Source of the DNA: an uncultured delta proteobacterium
GTDB lineage: Bacteria; Myxococcota_A; Polyangia; Polyangiales; Polyangiaceae
Length of the DNA stretch: 64,000 nt
Assembly: GCA_963782055.1 (NCBI GenBank)
Contig: CAWAIF010000003.1
Span: 3,744,001-3,808,000, forward strand
Direction: 5' to 3'
Shown here piece after piece: positions 9,971 to 18,770 of the stretch (its first letter is position 1; every line of letters begins with the position of its first letter). The notes beneath the pieces were generated by a model. That model saw nothing but the letters and a program-made list of their open reading frames with translations, searched no databases and was not told the DNA's origin. Made by a program: the position numbers and the translations under genes.

Positions 9971-11335
9971 GTGAAACGCCCTTCCCTTGTCCGCACTTCG
10001 CTTCTGCTTCTCGCCGCGCAGGTGGTCTTCCGCGCGGGCGACGCCGTCCTGCCTCTTCTGCTCGCGGCGTGGTTCGGCCGTAACAGCGCGACCGACGTCT
10101 ACTACTTCTCGTGGGCGGCCTTCGCCTTCGCCGGCTCGCTCGTCTTCTCGGCGTACCAGGACTCGGCCATCGTCCCGATCCTGGCCGAGATGCGCATCCG
10201 GCACGCCTCCGCGGTCACCGCGGAGGAGCGCTCCCTGCCGGCGCGTACGCGCGGCTCGCTCCTCGCCTACACGCTGATCCTCGGCGGGGCCCTCTCCGCG
10301 GTCATCGGCATGATGGCGGTCGCCTTCTTCGCGATGCGCTACGACGGCCCGGACCTGGCGCTCGCCGCCAAGATGGTCCCGCTCTTTTGCCTCGTGCTCG
10401 TGGCGATGAGCGTGAAGACCTTCTTCATCGCCGTGCTCAACGCGGAGCACCGCTACTTCGCGCACCCGGTGGCCGGCGCGGTGGGCATCGTGGTCACGCT
10501 GACGATCATCGCCACCATGCGCGAGCAGGCGGGTGTCATCGCCATCCCGGCGGCGGCGCTCGCCGGCGAGGTCACCGCGAGCGTGGTGCTGATGCACATC
10601 GCCCTGTCGCAGCTCCGCCTGCCGCTGACGCTCACCCTGGAGCGGCCGGAGCCGGTGATGCGCTTCGTGAAGCTCGGCGCGTCGGAGGTGGGGGGCGGGG
10701 CGCTCACCCGCGTCAACCCGGTCGTCGACCAGCTCATGGCCGGCTGGGCGGGCATCGTCGGCGGCGGCACCCTCCTGCGCTACAGCGGCGACGTCTCCTC
10801 GGTGCTCACGTCCCTCCTGCAGGCGAGCCTGCTGCCCGTCCTGCTCACGCACCTCGCCGACCAGTTCCACACCGAGAAGACCACCCACTACCGCAGCACT
10901 GTGGCGCGCACCCTCCTGTGGGTGTGCTCGCTGCTGGGCGGGCTGTCCTTCCTCGTCTACCTGGTGCGCGGGCCGCTGCTGCGCTTCGTCTTCCTGCGCG
11001 GTCAGATGGACGCGGCGGGCGTCGACCGCATGATCGAGATCCTGCCCTACCACCTCGTGGGCGTCGCGCCCTTCGGCGCGCTGCTCGTGCTCGCCCGCGC
11101 CCACGTGGCGATGAAGAACAGCCGCATCATGGTGTCGATGGGCATCCTCAACGCGTCGCTCAACCTGATCTTCGACGGCGTCCTGCTCAAGGTGCTGGGC
11201 CTCCGGGGTCTGGCGCTTTCCACCTCGTGCGTGCACACTGCGATCGCCATCGTGTTCTGGTTCCGACTCGAATCCGCCCTGCGCTCGCCCCAGATGGCGA
11301 GCCGCCCCTCCGCCGCGCCGGAGGTGGCCGCGTGA
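9971..11335 (+). CDS. MOP-superfamily flippase, MurJ/MviN-like
   Basis: About 12 hydrophobic segments; AAWFGRNSATDVY, VNPVVDQLMA and VFLRGQMD match MurJ-family landmarks. GTG start at 9971 chosen. Confidence 0.8.
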   Translation: MKRPSLVRTSLLLLAAQVVFRAGDAVLPLLLAAWFGRNSATDVYYFSWAAFAFAGSLVFSAYQDSAIVPILAEMRIRHASAVTAEERSLPARTRGSLLAYTLILGGALSAVIGMMAVAFFAMRYDGPDLALAAKMVPLFCLVLVAMSVKTFFIAVLNAEHRYFAHPVAGAVGIVVTLTIIATMREQAGVIAIPAAALAGEVTASVVLMHIALSQLRLPLTLTLERPEPVMRFVKLGASEVGGGALTRVNPVVDQLMAGWAGIVGGGTLLRYSGDVSSVLTSLLQASLLPVLLTHLADQFHTEKTTHYRSTVARTLLWVCSLLGGLSFLVYLVRGPLLRFVFLRGQMDAAGVDRMIEILPYHLVGVAPFGALLVLARAHVAMKNSRIMVSMGILNASLNLIFDGVLLKVLGLRGLALSTSCVHTAIAIVFWFRLESALRSPQMASRPSAAPEVAA

Positions 11336-12483
11336 GCGCCGCGCACTCGATGCTCGGCCGCGTCGTGCCGCTGCCGCTGCCGCGGCGCCGGCCCCGCGTG
11401 CTCCACGTCGTGGTCGCCGGAGAGGTCGGCGGCGCCGAGCGCATGCTCGTCGAGCTGGCGTCGCGCCCGCAGGCCACCAGCGCCGATCACGTCGTCGCGC
11501 TGATGACGCCGAACGACAAGCTCGCCCGCCTGTTCAAGGACGCCGGCCTGCACGTCCACGACCGCGGGCGCGTGCGGGAGAACCCCATCGCCTACGTGTG
11601 GCGCTCCCTCGGCCCCGCGGACACCGAGTGGCTCGCCGAGGTCATGGCCCGCGAGCGCGCGACGGTGGCCCAGCTCCACACCTTCGGCTCGCAGGTGGTC
11701 GGCACCCGCGCTGCCCGGCGCATGGGCCTGCGCGTCGTGCGCACCGAGCACGCGGCCGACGTCTACAAGGACCTCTCCTGCTGGCCCTTCTCGCGCTGGT
11801 CGCTCCAGCGCGCCGACGCGGTGGTCGCGGTGAGCGATCACGTGCGGCGCGTCGCCCTCGCGAAGGCGCCGTGGGTGGCCGACCGCATCCGCGTCATCCA
11901 CAACGGCGTGGACACCCAGCGCTTCGCCCCGCGGCCGGTTCCCCCGCCGGGCCACCCCTTCTCCTTCGCGCTCGTGGGGCGGCTGGAGCACTGCAAGGGC
12001 ATCGATCTGGCGCTGGACGCCCTGGCGATGGTCCCCGACGCCGAGCTGCACGTCGCCGGAGAGGGCCGCCTCCGCGAGAAGCTGGAGGCCCACGCGCGCC
12101 GCGCCGGCGTGAGCGCGCGGGCGCACTTCCACGGCTACATGTCCGATCCGCGCGAGCTGGTGTCCACCGCGCAGGCCGCCATCTGCAGCTCGCGGCAGGA
12201 GGGCCTGGGCATCGCCCTGCTGGAGTCGATGGCCCTTGGCCGGCCGGTCGTGGCCTTCCCGGTGGGCGGGGTGCCGGAGATCGTGCGCGACGGCGAGACC
12301 GGCTGGGTGGCCGGGGACAAGACCCCGCAGGCCCTCGCCCGATCCATGCGGGAGGCCATGCGGGATCGCCGCCGGCTGCTGGAGCTCGGCACCGGGGCGC
12401 GTAACTTCGTGGCCCGCGCCTGCTCCATCGAGCAGATGTGCGGCGCCTACGCCGACGTCTACCGCCAGCTGATGGACTCGTAG
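11332..12483 (+). CDS. GT4 glycosyltransferase
   Basis: GTGA overlap with the flippase; RVLHVVVAGEVGGAERM, VIHNGVD, VGRLEHCKG, SRQEGLGIALLESMALG. Confidence 0.9.
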   Translation: MSAAHSMLGRVVPLPLPRRRPRVLHVVVAGEVGGAERMLVELASRPQATSADHVVALMTPNDKLARLFKDAGLHVHDRGRVRENPIAYVWRSLGPADTEWLAEVMARERATVAQLHTFGSQVVGTRAARRMGLRVVRTEHAADVYKDLSCWPFSRWSLQRADAVVAVSDHVRRVALAKAPWVADRIRVIHNGVDTQRFAPRPVPPPGHPFSFALVGRLEHCKGIDLALDALAMVPDAELHVAGEGRLREKLEAHARRAGVSARAHFHGYMSDPRELVSTAQAAICSSRQEGLGIALLESMALGRPVVAFPVGGVPEIVRDGETGWVAGDKTPQALARSMREAMRDRRRLLELGTGARNFVARACSIEQMCGAYADVYRQLMDS

Positions 12484-12494
12484 CTCCACACGCG

Positions 12495-13664
12495 ATGGCG
12501 CGGACGAGCACCCACCACCGCCTCTACTTCACGCCCGGGATGTTCGGCTTCGGGCGGCTCGCCTCGTACGACTACTTCGCCCACCTGGAGCGGGCGCTGG
12601 TGCAGCGCTTCGAGGACGCCGGGCGTCACCTGGAGACGTACGTGGTGAACGTGGCGCCCACCGCGTCGGTCCGGAAGCGCGCCGCGCGGCTCGCCGAGCT
12701 CGTGGCGCGCTCGTGCTCCAGCGAGGTGGACGCCGGCGGCCCCATCCACCTGCTCGGCCACTCCACCGGCGGGCTGGACGCGCGCCTCGTCGCCTCCCCC
12801 ACCTCGCACGTGCCGGTCGCCGCGGGCATGCTGGACTGGCGCCCGCGCCTGCGCAGCGTCACCACCCTCGACACGCCGCACTTCGGCACGCCGCTCGCGA
12901 GCTTCTTCGCCACGGTGAGCGGGCAGCGCCTGCTCTACGCCGTCAGCGCGCTGACCTTCATCGCCCTCTCGGTGGGCGCGCCCCCGCTCGCGGCCGCCAG
13001 CGGTCTGGTGCTCGCCGTCTCGCGGCTGGACCGCGCCGTCGGCCTGGAGCTGCGCGTGCTCGACCGCACGACCGACTCCCTGCTGCGCGTGCTGGACGAC
13101 GCGCGCAGCAAGGAGGTGCGCGAGTACCTGGACGCCATCAAGCAGGACCAGGGCGCGGTGCTGCAGCTCTCGCCGGAGGCCATGGACCTCTTCCAGGCCG
13201 GCGTGGAGAACGGGCCGGAGGTGCACTACCAGTGCGTGGCGTCGATGGCGCCGCCGCCCTCGCCGGTGAAGTGGGCGCGGTCGCTCACCCGGCCGTGGAG
13301 CGCGGTGTCCTCCAGTCTCTTCACCAGCCTCTACGGCATCACGGCGCGCAGCGATCCGCGCTACCCGTGCGCGGCCCCGGAGACCGACCCGGCGACCGAG
13401 GCGGCGCTCCACGCGGCCTTCGGCCGCAGCCCGGGCGTGCGCGGCAACGATGGCGTGGTGCCCCTTCGCTCTCAGCTCTGGGGAGAGCTGGTGTGGACGG
13501 GGCACGCCGACCACCTGGACGTGCTCGGGCACTTCGACGGCGGCGCGCGCGGCGGCGGGGAGCCTGCCCATGTCGACTGGCTGACCAGCGGGTCCGGCTT
13601 CGACAGGCCGCGCTTCGACACCATGGTCGACGCCGTGGCGCGGGGCTTGCTCCAGGCCGCATGA
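12495..13664 (+). CDS. Alpha/beta-hydrolase lipase/esterase
   Basis: Oxyanion PGMFGF, nucleophile GHSTGG, TPHFGTP, NDGVVP and ADHLDVLG triad residues. Confidence 0.85.
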   Translation: MARTSTHHRLYFTPGMFGFGRLASYDYFAHLERALVQRFEDAGRHLETYVVNVAPTASVRKRAARLAELVARSCSSEVDAGGPIHLLGHSTGGLDARLVASPTSHVPVAAGMLDWRPRLRSVTTLDTPHFGTPLASFFATVSGQRLLYAVSALTFIALSVGAPPLAAASGLVLAVSRLDRAVGLELRVLDRTTDSLLRVLDDARSKEVREYLDAIKQDQGAVLQLSPEAMDLFQAGVENGPEVHYQCVASMAPPPSPVKWARSLTRPWSAVSSSLFTSLYGITARSDPRYPCAAPETDPATEAALHAAFGRSPGVRGNDGVVPLRSQLWGELVWTGHADHLDVLGHFDGGARGGGEPAHVDWLTSGSGFDRPRFDTMVDAVARGLLQAA

Positions 13665-14377
13665 CGGCGAAGCGCCTCGGCCAGGTGGAGGAGCGCATCG
13701 TCCGGTGCGAGGCCTGCCCGCGACTGGTCGCGCACCGGCAGGCGGTCGCCAGGAAGAAGCGCCGCGCCTACCGCGACGAGGTGTACTGGGGACGGCCGGT
13801 GCCCGGCTTCGGCGATCCCGCCGCGCGCCTGGTCGTCGTCGGCCTCGCGCCGGGCGCCCACGGGGCCAACCGCACCGGGCGCGTCTTCACCGGCGATTGC
13901 TCCGGCGACTTCCTCTTCGCCGCCCTGCACCGCGCCGGGCTGGCGTCGCAGGCGCAGGCGGTGGCGCGCGACGACGGCCTTCGACTCCAGGACACCTGGG
14001 TGACCCTCGCCGCGCGGTGCGTGCCGCCGGACAACAAGCCGTCGCCGCGCGAGCTCTCCAGCTGCGCGCACTTCCTGGACGAGGAGCTCGCCGAGCTGCC
14101 GTGCATGTGGGCGCTGCTCGCCCTCGGCGCGATCGCGTGGCACGCGGTCCTTGGGTGGGCGACCCGGCAGGGTGTCCAGGTCCCCTCCCCCCGACCGAAG
14201 TTCGCGCACGGGGCGGTGGTGCGACTGGGACGCCACACCCTGGTCGGCAGCTACCACGTGAGCCAGCAGAACACGCAGACCGGCAGGCTCACCCCCCGCA
14301 TGTTCGACGCCGTGCTGAGGAAGGCGCAGCGGGCGAGCTCAGCCGCAACGGACCTCCGGGAGCACATTAAACGTTAG
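13661..14377 (+). CDS. udgB: Uracil-DNA glycosylase family 5 (Fe-S, UdgB-type)
   Basis: CEACPRL, GLAPGAHGANRTGRVFTGD, RCVPPDNKP, YHVSQQNT; ATGA overlap with the lipase. Confidence 0.9.
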   Translation: MTAKRLGQVEERIVRCEACPRLVAHRQAVARKKRRAYRDEVYWGRPVPGFGDPAARLVVVGLAPGAHGANRTGRVFTGDCSGDFLFAALHRAGLASQAQAVARDDGLRLQDTWVTLAARCVPPDNKPSPRELSSCAHFLDEELAELPCMWALLALGAIAWHAVLGWATRQGVQVPSPRPKFAHGAVVRLGRHTLVGSYHVSQQNTQTGRLTPRMFDAVLRKAQRASSAATDLREHIKR

Positions 14378-14579
14378 CTCCCAATCGGCGGAGATGATTG
14401 CAGTTTGCACCTTCTGAATGCGCGGGGCCGCCGACCACACCCTGCGACCAAAATCTGCGTTTTTTCCGTTTTGGCCTTGTAACCTCGCGTGGGTCCCGTA
14501 TCCACAATGTCCGGCGCGCGCCTCTGCAGGCGCAGGAGGACACGCGTTGGGAAGAACGGCGGCGAGGTTGTGGGGGGCG

Positions 14580-15446
14580 ATGGCGGTGCCGGGCGCGCTG
14601 CTCGTGCTGAGCCTCTCCAGCGTCGGCGGCTGCACCAAGTCCGCCCCCGGCGCCGACGACCTCGCCTCGATCGGCCACGGCCGCTTCGGCAAGGCGCGCG
14701 TGGTGGGCGAGCGCGCCGCGCGCATCGCCCGGGCGGAGACGGATCCCTTCGACGACACGCCGGAGCTGGTGCGCGGGCAGTGGCGGCGCGAGCACGCCTG
14801 CCCGCGGGAGATGGCCAACGTCGAGGACCGCTTCTGCGTGGACCGCTGGGAGGACTCGCTGGTGGAGATCCTGCCCAACGGCGAGGAGCGCCCCTTCAGC
14901 CCCTTCCAGGTCGTCGGCAAGCACGTGGTGCGCGCGGTGAGCGTGCCGCACGTCGACCCTCAGGGCTACATCAGCGAGACCCAGGCGAAGGAGGCGTGCG
15001 CGCGCTCCGGCAAGCGCCTCTGCAAGCCGGCCGAGTGGCGACAGGCCTGCATGGGCCCGCAGCACACCACCTTCGGCTACGGCAGCGTGCGGGTGAAGCA
15101 CCGCTGCAACGACAGCGGCGACAGCCCGATGCTCTCGGTGCTCCACATGCGCGTGGACAAGCCGTGGACGTGGACCCTCGGCGTGATGAACGACCCTCGC
15201 CTGAACCAGGCGCCGGATACCCTCTCGCGCACCGGATCGCACGAGAAGTGCACCAACGGCTACGGCGTCTACGACATGGTCGGCAACCTGCACGAGTGGG
15301 TGGACGACCCGAAGGGCAGCTTCCAGGGTGGCTACTACCTGGACACGCACATCAACGGCGACGGCTGCAACTACCGCACGGTGGCCCACGCCCCGCGCTA
15401 CCACGACTACTCGACCGGCTTCCGCTGCTGCGCCGCCGCGGAGTGA
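14580..15446 (+). CDS. FGE-sulfatase/SUMF1-domain exported (lipo)protein
   Basis: Hydrophobic N-terminus with VGGC lipobox; GKRLCKPAEW, GVYDMVGNLHEW, TGFRCC. Confidence 0.85.
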   Translation: MAVPGALLVLSLSSVGGCTKSAPGADDLASIGHGRFGKARVVGERAARIARAETDPFDDTPELVRGQWRREHACPREMANVEDRFCVDRWEDSLVEILPNGEERPFSPFQVVGKHVVRAVSVPHVDPQGYISETQAKEACARSGKRLCKPAEWRQACMGPQHTTFGYGSVRVKHRCNDSGDSPMLSVLHMRVDKPWTWTLGVMNDPRLNQAPDTLSRTGSHEKCTNGYGVYDMVGNLHEWVDDPKGSFQGGYYLDTHINGDGCNYRTVAHAPRYHDYSTGFRCCAAAE

Positions 15447-15450
15447 GACG

Positions 15451-17154
15451 TCAGTTAGGCGGGGGCGGCGGCGGGAGCTTGAAGTATTCCCACGCCGGGG
15501 TGTGGTTGCCCTCGTCGGCGGGCTGGTTCCACAGGTAGAGCGCGGCGTACGTGGTGACCTTGCCGCCCTCGACGACGACCGGGGTGATGAAGAGCTGCGG
15601 GAGGGTGCCCTGCCGCGTCGAGCTGAAGACGATCCAGTAGTAGGTGCGGCCGCCGGAGGTGCCGACGCTCGGCGCCCACTTCGGCCAGCTGTTGGTCACC
15701 CCTGGGCTCTTGCCGCCGGAGCACGCCGGCGGGTCGTTGGCAGCGAGACGCACCGCGGTTCCGCCCGCCGCCGGCACGACGTACACCTCCGCCTTCTGCT
15801 GGTTGTACATGTTGAGATCGTTGGGCGCCTCGGTGTAGGCGATCCACGCATCGTCGGGCGAAAACGACGGGTAGTACTCCTGCACCTTGGGATCGCTCGC
15901 GCCGGCCACCGGGGCAACCGCGCCGCCCGCGCGCGCGTTGTACGGCACGGTGTACAGGTCGGCGCGCGACCCGTTGTCGGTCTGCGACTGGTAGTAGCCG
16001 CCGAGGCGACCGTCGGTGGTGTGGTTGGTCGCGGTGTAGACGACGGTCGCGCCGTCGTGGCTGAAGGACGGCGCGGCGGCGCGGGTGCCCGCCGCCGCCG
16101 TGCCCTGGCGCGGGATCACGCCGCGCGCTGCGCCCGCCGTCTTCGCCTCGACGTCCAGCCAGACCAGGTCCGTTCCGTCGCTCGCGACCGCCGTGCGATC
16201 GCCCGGGGTCCAGTGGGCCTTGGAGAAGGAGGTGATGCCCAGCGGGCCCTGCTGCAGCACGGTCGCCGCGCCGGCGCCGAGGTAGCTCGGTGTCGTCCCG
16301 ATGAGGCCGGAGTCCACGCCGCCGTCGCCCGGATCCACGCGGGCCATCAGGTTGCCCCAGTTACCCGGCGGCGCGGAGAGCATCACGTCGTTGCCGTCGG
16401 GCGTGCCGGTGTGGCACCCGAAGCACTGCACCTGCGGGCTCTGCACCTGCGGCGGCGTCAGCGCGGAGACGACGGTCTCGTCGCCGACGGAGAAGCCCTT
16501 GAGGCCGGTGGAGCCCTTGATCCACCAGTAGACGATGCTGCCGGGCGCATCGACGGGCGCCACGCCGAGGGGGCCGCTGGTGCCGAGGGCGATGGAGGCC
16601 AGGTTCTGGCCGTCGAAGACGCCGCCGCGGATGGAGAGCGTCATCGCTTCATCGGCGGAGTGGTTGCGTAGCAGGTCCCACGTCGCCTGCGGCATCGTCC
16701 ACGACGTCTGCGTCGTGTACACGACGAGATCGGTCTTCTGGTTGGCGACGTGCAGGCGGATCTCGAAGAGGTTCTCCCCGCCAGAGGGCGTCCAGGAGAA
16801 GCGCGGGCGCAGCCAGTTGTGCGGATAGAGCGAGCCCACCTCCGGCTCGAAGAGGCAAGGTCCGCCGCTCCCCGCGCCCGCGTCGGCGTCCCCGAAGAGC
16901 TGCGCCGCGTTCTGCGGCGCGCCCGCGCCGGCGTCGCCGGTGTCGACGACCGGCGTGGGGAAGTCGTCGAAGACGCCGCCTGAGTCCGGCGCCGCGTCCC
17001 CGCCGCCGTCGTCGAAGGGGTTCGGCACCTCGCCCCCCGAGTCCGGATTCTGGAACACCGACGGCGGCGTGGCGTCCGTCCCGCAGCCGTACGCGAGGGC
17101 CGCTGCCACACCCAGCACGCCCGCCAGAACCCCGAAGGAACGCCTATGGCCCAT
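15451..17154 (-). CDS. Lipoprotein with TolB/PD40-like beta-propeller repeats
   Basis: Lipobox LAYGC; repeats PSFSHDG, YPSFSPDD, WPKWAP; a single CFGCH motif. Confidence 0.75.
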   Translation of the reverse strand: MGHRRSFGVLAGVLGVAAALAYGCGTDATPPSVFQNPDSGGEVPNPFDDGGGDAAPDSGGVFDDFPTPVVDTGDAGAGAPQNAAQLFGDADAGAGSGGPCLFEPEVGSLYPHNWLRPRFSWTPSGGENLFEIRLHVANQKTDLVVYTTQTSWTMPQATWDLLRNHSADEAMTLSIRGGVFDGQNLASIALGTSGPLGVAPVDAPGSIVYWWIKGSTGLKGFSVGDETVVSALTPPQVQSPQVQCFGCHTGTPDGNDVMLSAPPGNWGNLMARVDPGDGGVDSGLIGTTPSYLGAGAATVLQQGPLGITSFSKAHWTPGDRTAVASDGTDLVWLDVEAKTAGAARGVIPRQGTAAAGTRAAAPSFSHDGATVVYTATNHTTDGRLGGYYQSQTDNGSRADLYTVPYNARAGGAVAPVAGASDPKVQEYYPSFSPDDAWIAYTEAPNDLNMYNQQKAEVYVVPAAGGTAVRLAANDPPACSGGKSPGVTNSWPKWAPSVGTSGGRTYYWIVFSSTRQGTLPQLFITPVVVEGGKVTTYAALYLWNQPADEGNHTPAWEYFKLPPPPPPN

Positions 17155-17249
17155 GACAGAGAGGATACGCCTCGACAGTCGCACCGCAACTTTCCAGTCT
17201 GACCACAAGGCAACCAGCAGTGCAGGAAGCTCGACACGCGCGGCGAGCC

Positions 17250-18035
17250 GTGAAAAAAGTGGGGGCGACGGGTATCTCAGCGGGGCGATGGGGGTTCGGC
17301 TTGCTGGCGGTGGCGGCGGCCTGCTCGCACCACGCCGGCGAGGGCGCCTCCCCGGAGGCCCCGACCCCCTCCAGCACGCCATCCGCCGCGGTCGCGTCCC
17401 CCGCAGCGCCCGCGGCCGTCGCGCCCGTGGCGACGCAGGCCGGCGTCGCGCCGGTGGTGGTGGAGGGGGGCGTCGCCGACGGGCTGGAGGCCGGTCCGGT
17501 CGCCCCCCCCGCGCCGAAGGTGGTGCTGCAGTGCGGCGACTCGATGGTGGGCGGCTACGGCGGCCTCACCAAGGCGCTCGGCGACAAGTTCAAGGACGCC
17601 GGCGACCACTTCGTGCGCGACTGGGAGGTGAGCGTGAGCATCGCCACCTTCGATCACCAGAAGCGGCTGGCGGAGCTGCTCGCCAAGCACAAGCCCGACG
17701 TCGTCATCCTGACGCTCGGCGCCAACGACGTCTTCGTGCCCTTCCCCCAGTCGCTGGCCGGCCACGTGGCGTCCATCGCGCGCAAGGCCTCCGCCGGCGG
17801 GCGGGAGTGCTACTGGATGGCGCCCCCCCTGTGGAAGAAGGACACCGGCATCGTGCAGGTCATCAAGGACAACGCCTCGCCGTGCAAGGTGTTCGACGCC
17901 TCGCACCTGAAGATCGCGCGTGGCGGTGATGGCATCCACCCCACCGACAAGGGCGGCGAGACCTGGGCCTCGGCCTTCTGGGCCTTCTATGAGAGCCACG
18001 GCTCCCCCGACCTGGCGACGCCCGGGGCCCCCTAG
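17250..18035 (+). CDS. SGNH/GDSL hydrolase lipoprotein
   Basis: Lipobox AAAC; blocks GDS, LGAND and DGIH. Confidence 0.8.
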   Translation: MKKVGATGISAGRWGFGLLAVAAACSHHAGEGASPEAPTPSSTPSAAVASPAAPAAVAPVATQAGVAPVVVEGGVADGLEAGPVAPPAPKVVLQCGDSMVGGYGGLTKALGDKFKDAGDHFVRDWEVSVSIATFDHQKRLAELLAKHKPDVVILTLGANDVFVPFPQSLAGHVASIARKASAGGRECYWMAPPLWKKDTGIVQVIKDNASPCKVFDASHLKIARGGDGIHPTDKGGETWASAFWAFYESHGSPDLATPGAP

Positions 18036-18099
18036 CGCGCCCTTCCGGCGAGGGGTGTCCTGGCTCATCGCGGCCCAAGGCTGTGGTAGCCTGACCGGC

Positions 18100-18750
18100 G
18101 TGAGAGCGATCGCCGTGTCGGGAGTGATGGCTGTTTTGGTGCTGCTGGTGGGCTGCGTGGGCGACACGCCGTCCTCCCCTACAGGACAGGCCGGCAGCAA
18201 GGGCGCCCCGTGCTACCCGAACGGGACGTGCAATCCGGGGCTGGCGTGCCTCAACGGGACGTGCTTCCTCACCGATGCGGGCGGGCAGGACTCCGGCGGC
18301 GACGCCGGTGGCACGGACGGCTCGACCGCCGATGGCTCCACGGGCGACGCGGGCGGCGACGCCGGGTCCCCCTGCCCCTTCCCCGGCACCAGCGACCCGG
18401 CGAAGGTCACGTGCGACAGCATCTCCTGCGACATCAACAACAAGCAGGTGTGCTGCGTAGGCAGCGCGTCGGCGAGCTGCAACCCCGACCCCTGCACCAC
18501 CGGCAAGGAGCTCGCGTGCGACGAGAAGGCGGACTGCCCGCAGAACCAGGTGTGCTGCGCGACGGGGGCGTCGGTGCAGCCTGCCTGCCCGGCGACGCTG
18601 ACGCTGAGCACCACGGGAGCCTTCTGCAAGCCGGACTGCCAGCCCGGCCTCGTCCTATGCGCGGTGGACGCCGACTGCCCCGACCCGAAGATGCACTGCC
18701 ACAATGCGCAGCCCTCGGACAGCAAGGAGCACCTGGGCGTGTGCCTGTGA
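18100..18750 (+). CDS. Cys-rich lipoprotein, unknown function
   Basis: Lipobox LVGC, DAG/DSG/DGS linker and many Cys (VCC, CDEKADC). Confidence 0.75.
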   Translation: MRAIAVSGVMAVLVLLVGCVGDTPSSPTGQAGSKGAPCYPNGTCNPGLACLNGTCFLTDAGGQDSGGDAGGTDGSTADGSTGDAGGDAGSPCPFPGTSDPAKVTCDSISCDINNKQVCCVGSASASCNPDPCTTGKELACDEKADCPQNQVCCATGASVQPACPATLTLSTTGAFCKPDCQPGLVLCAVDADCPDPKMHCHNAQPSDSKEHLGVCL

Positions 18751-18770
18751 AGCGCACCCGGTGAGCGCCG

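Noticed and set aside
14378..14579. ncRNA or riboswitch in an AT-richer spacer
   Set aside because: No recognisable fold or family motif; most simply a promoter region.
15451..17154. c-type cytochrome call from CFGCH
   Set aside because: A single CxxCH inside a propeller-type lipoprotein is not enough evidence of haem binding.
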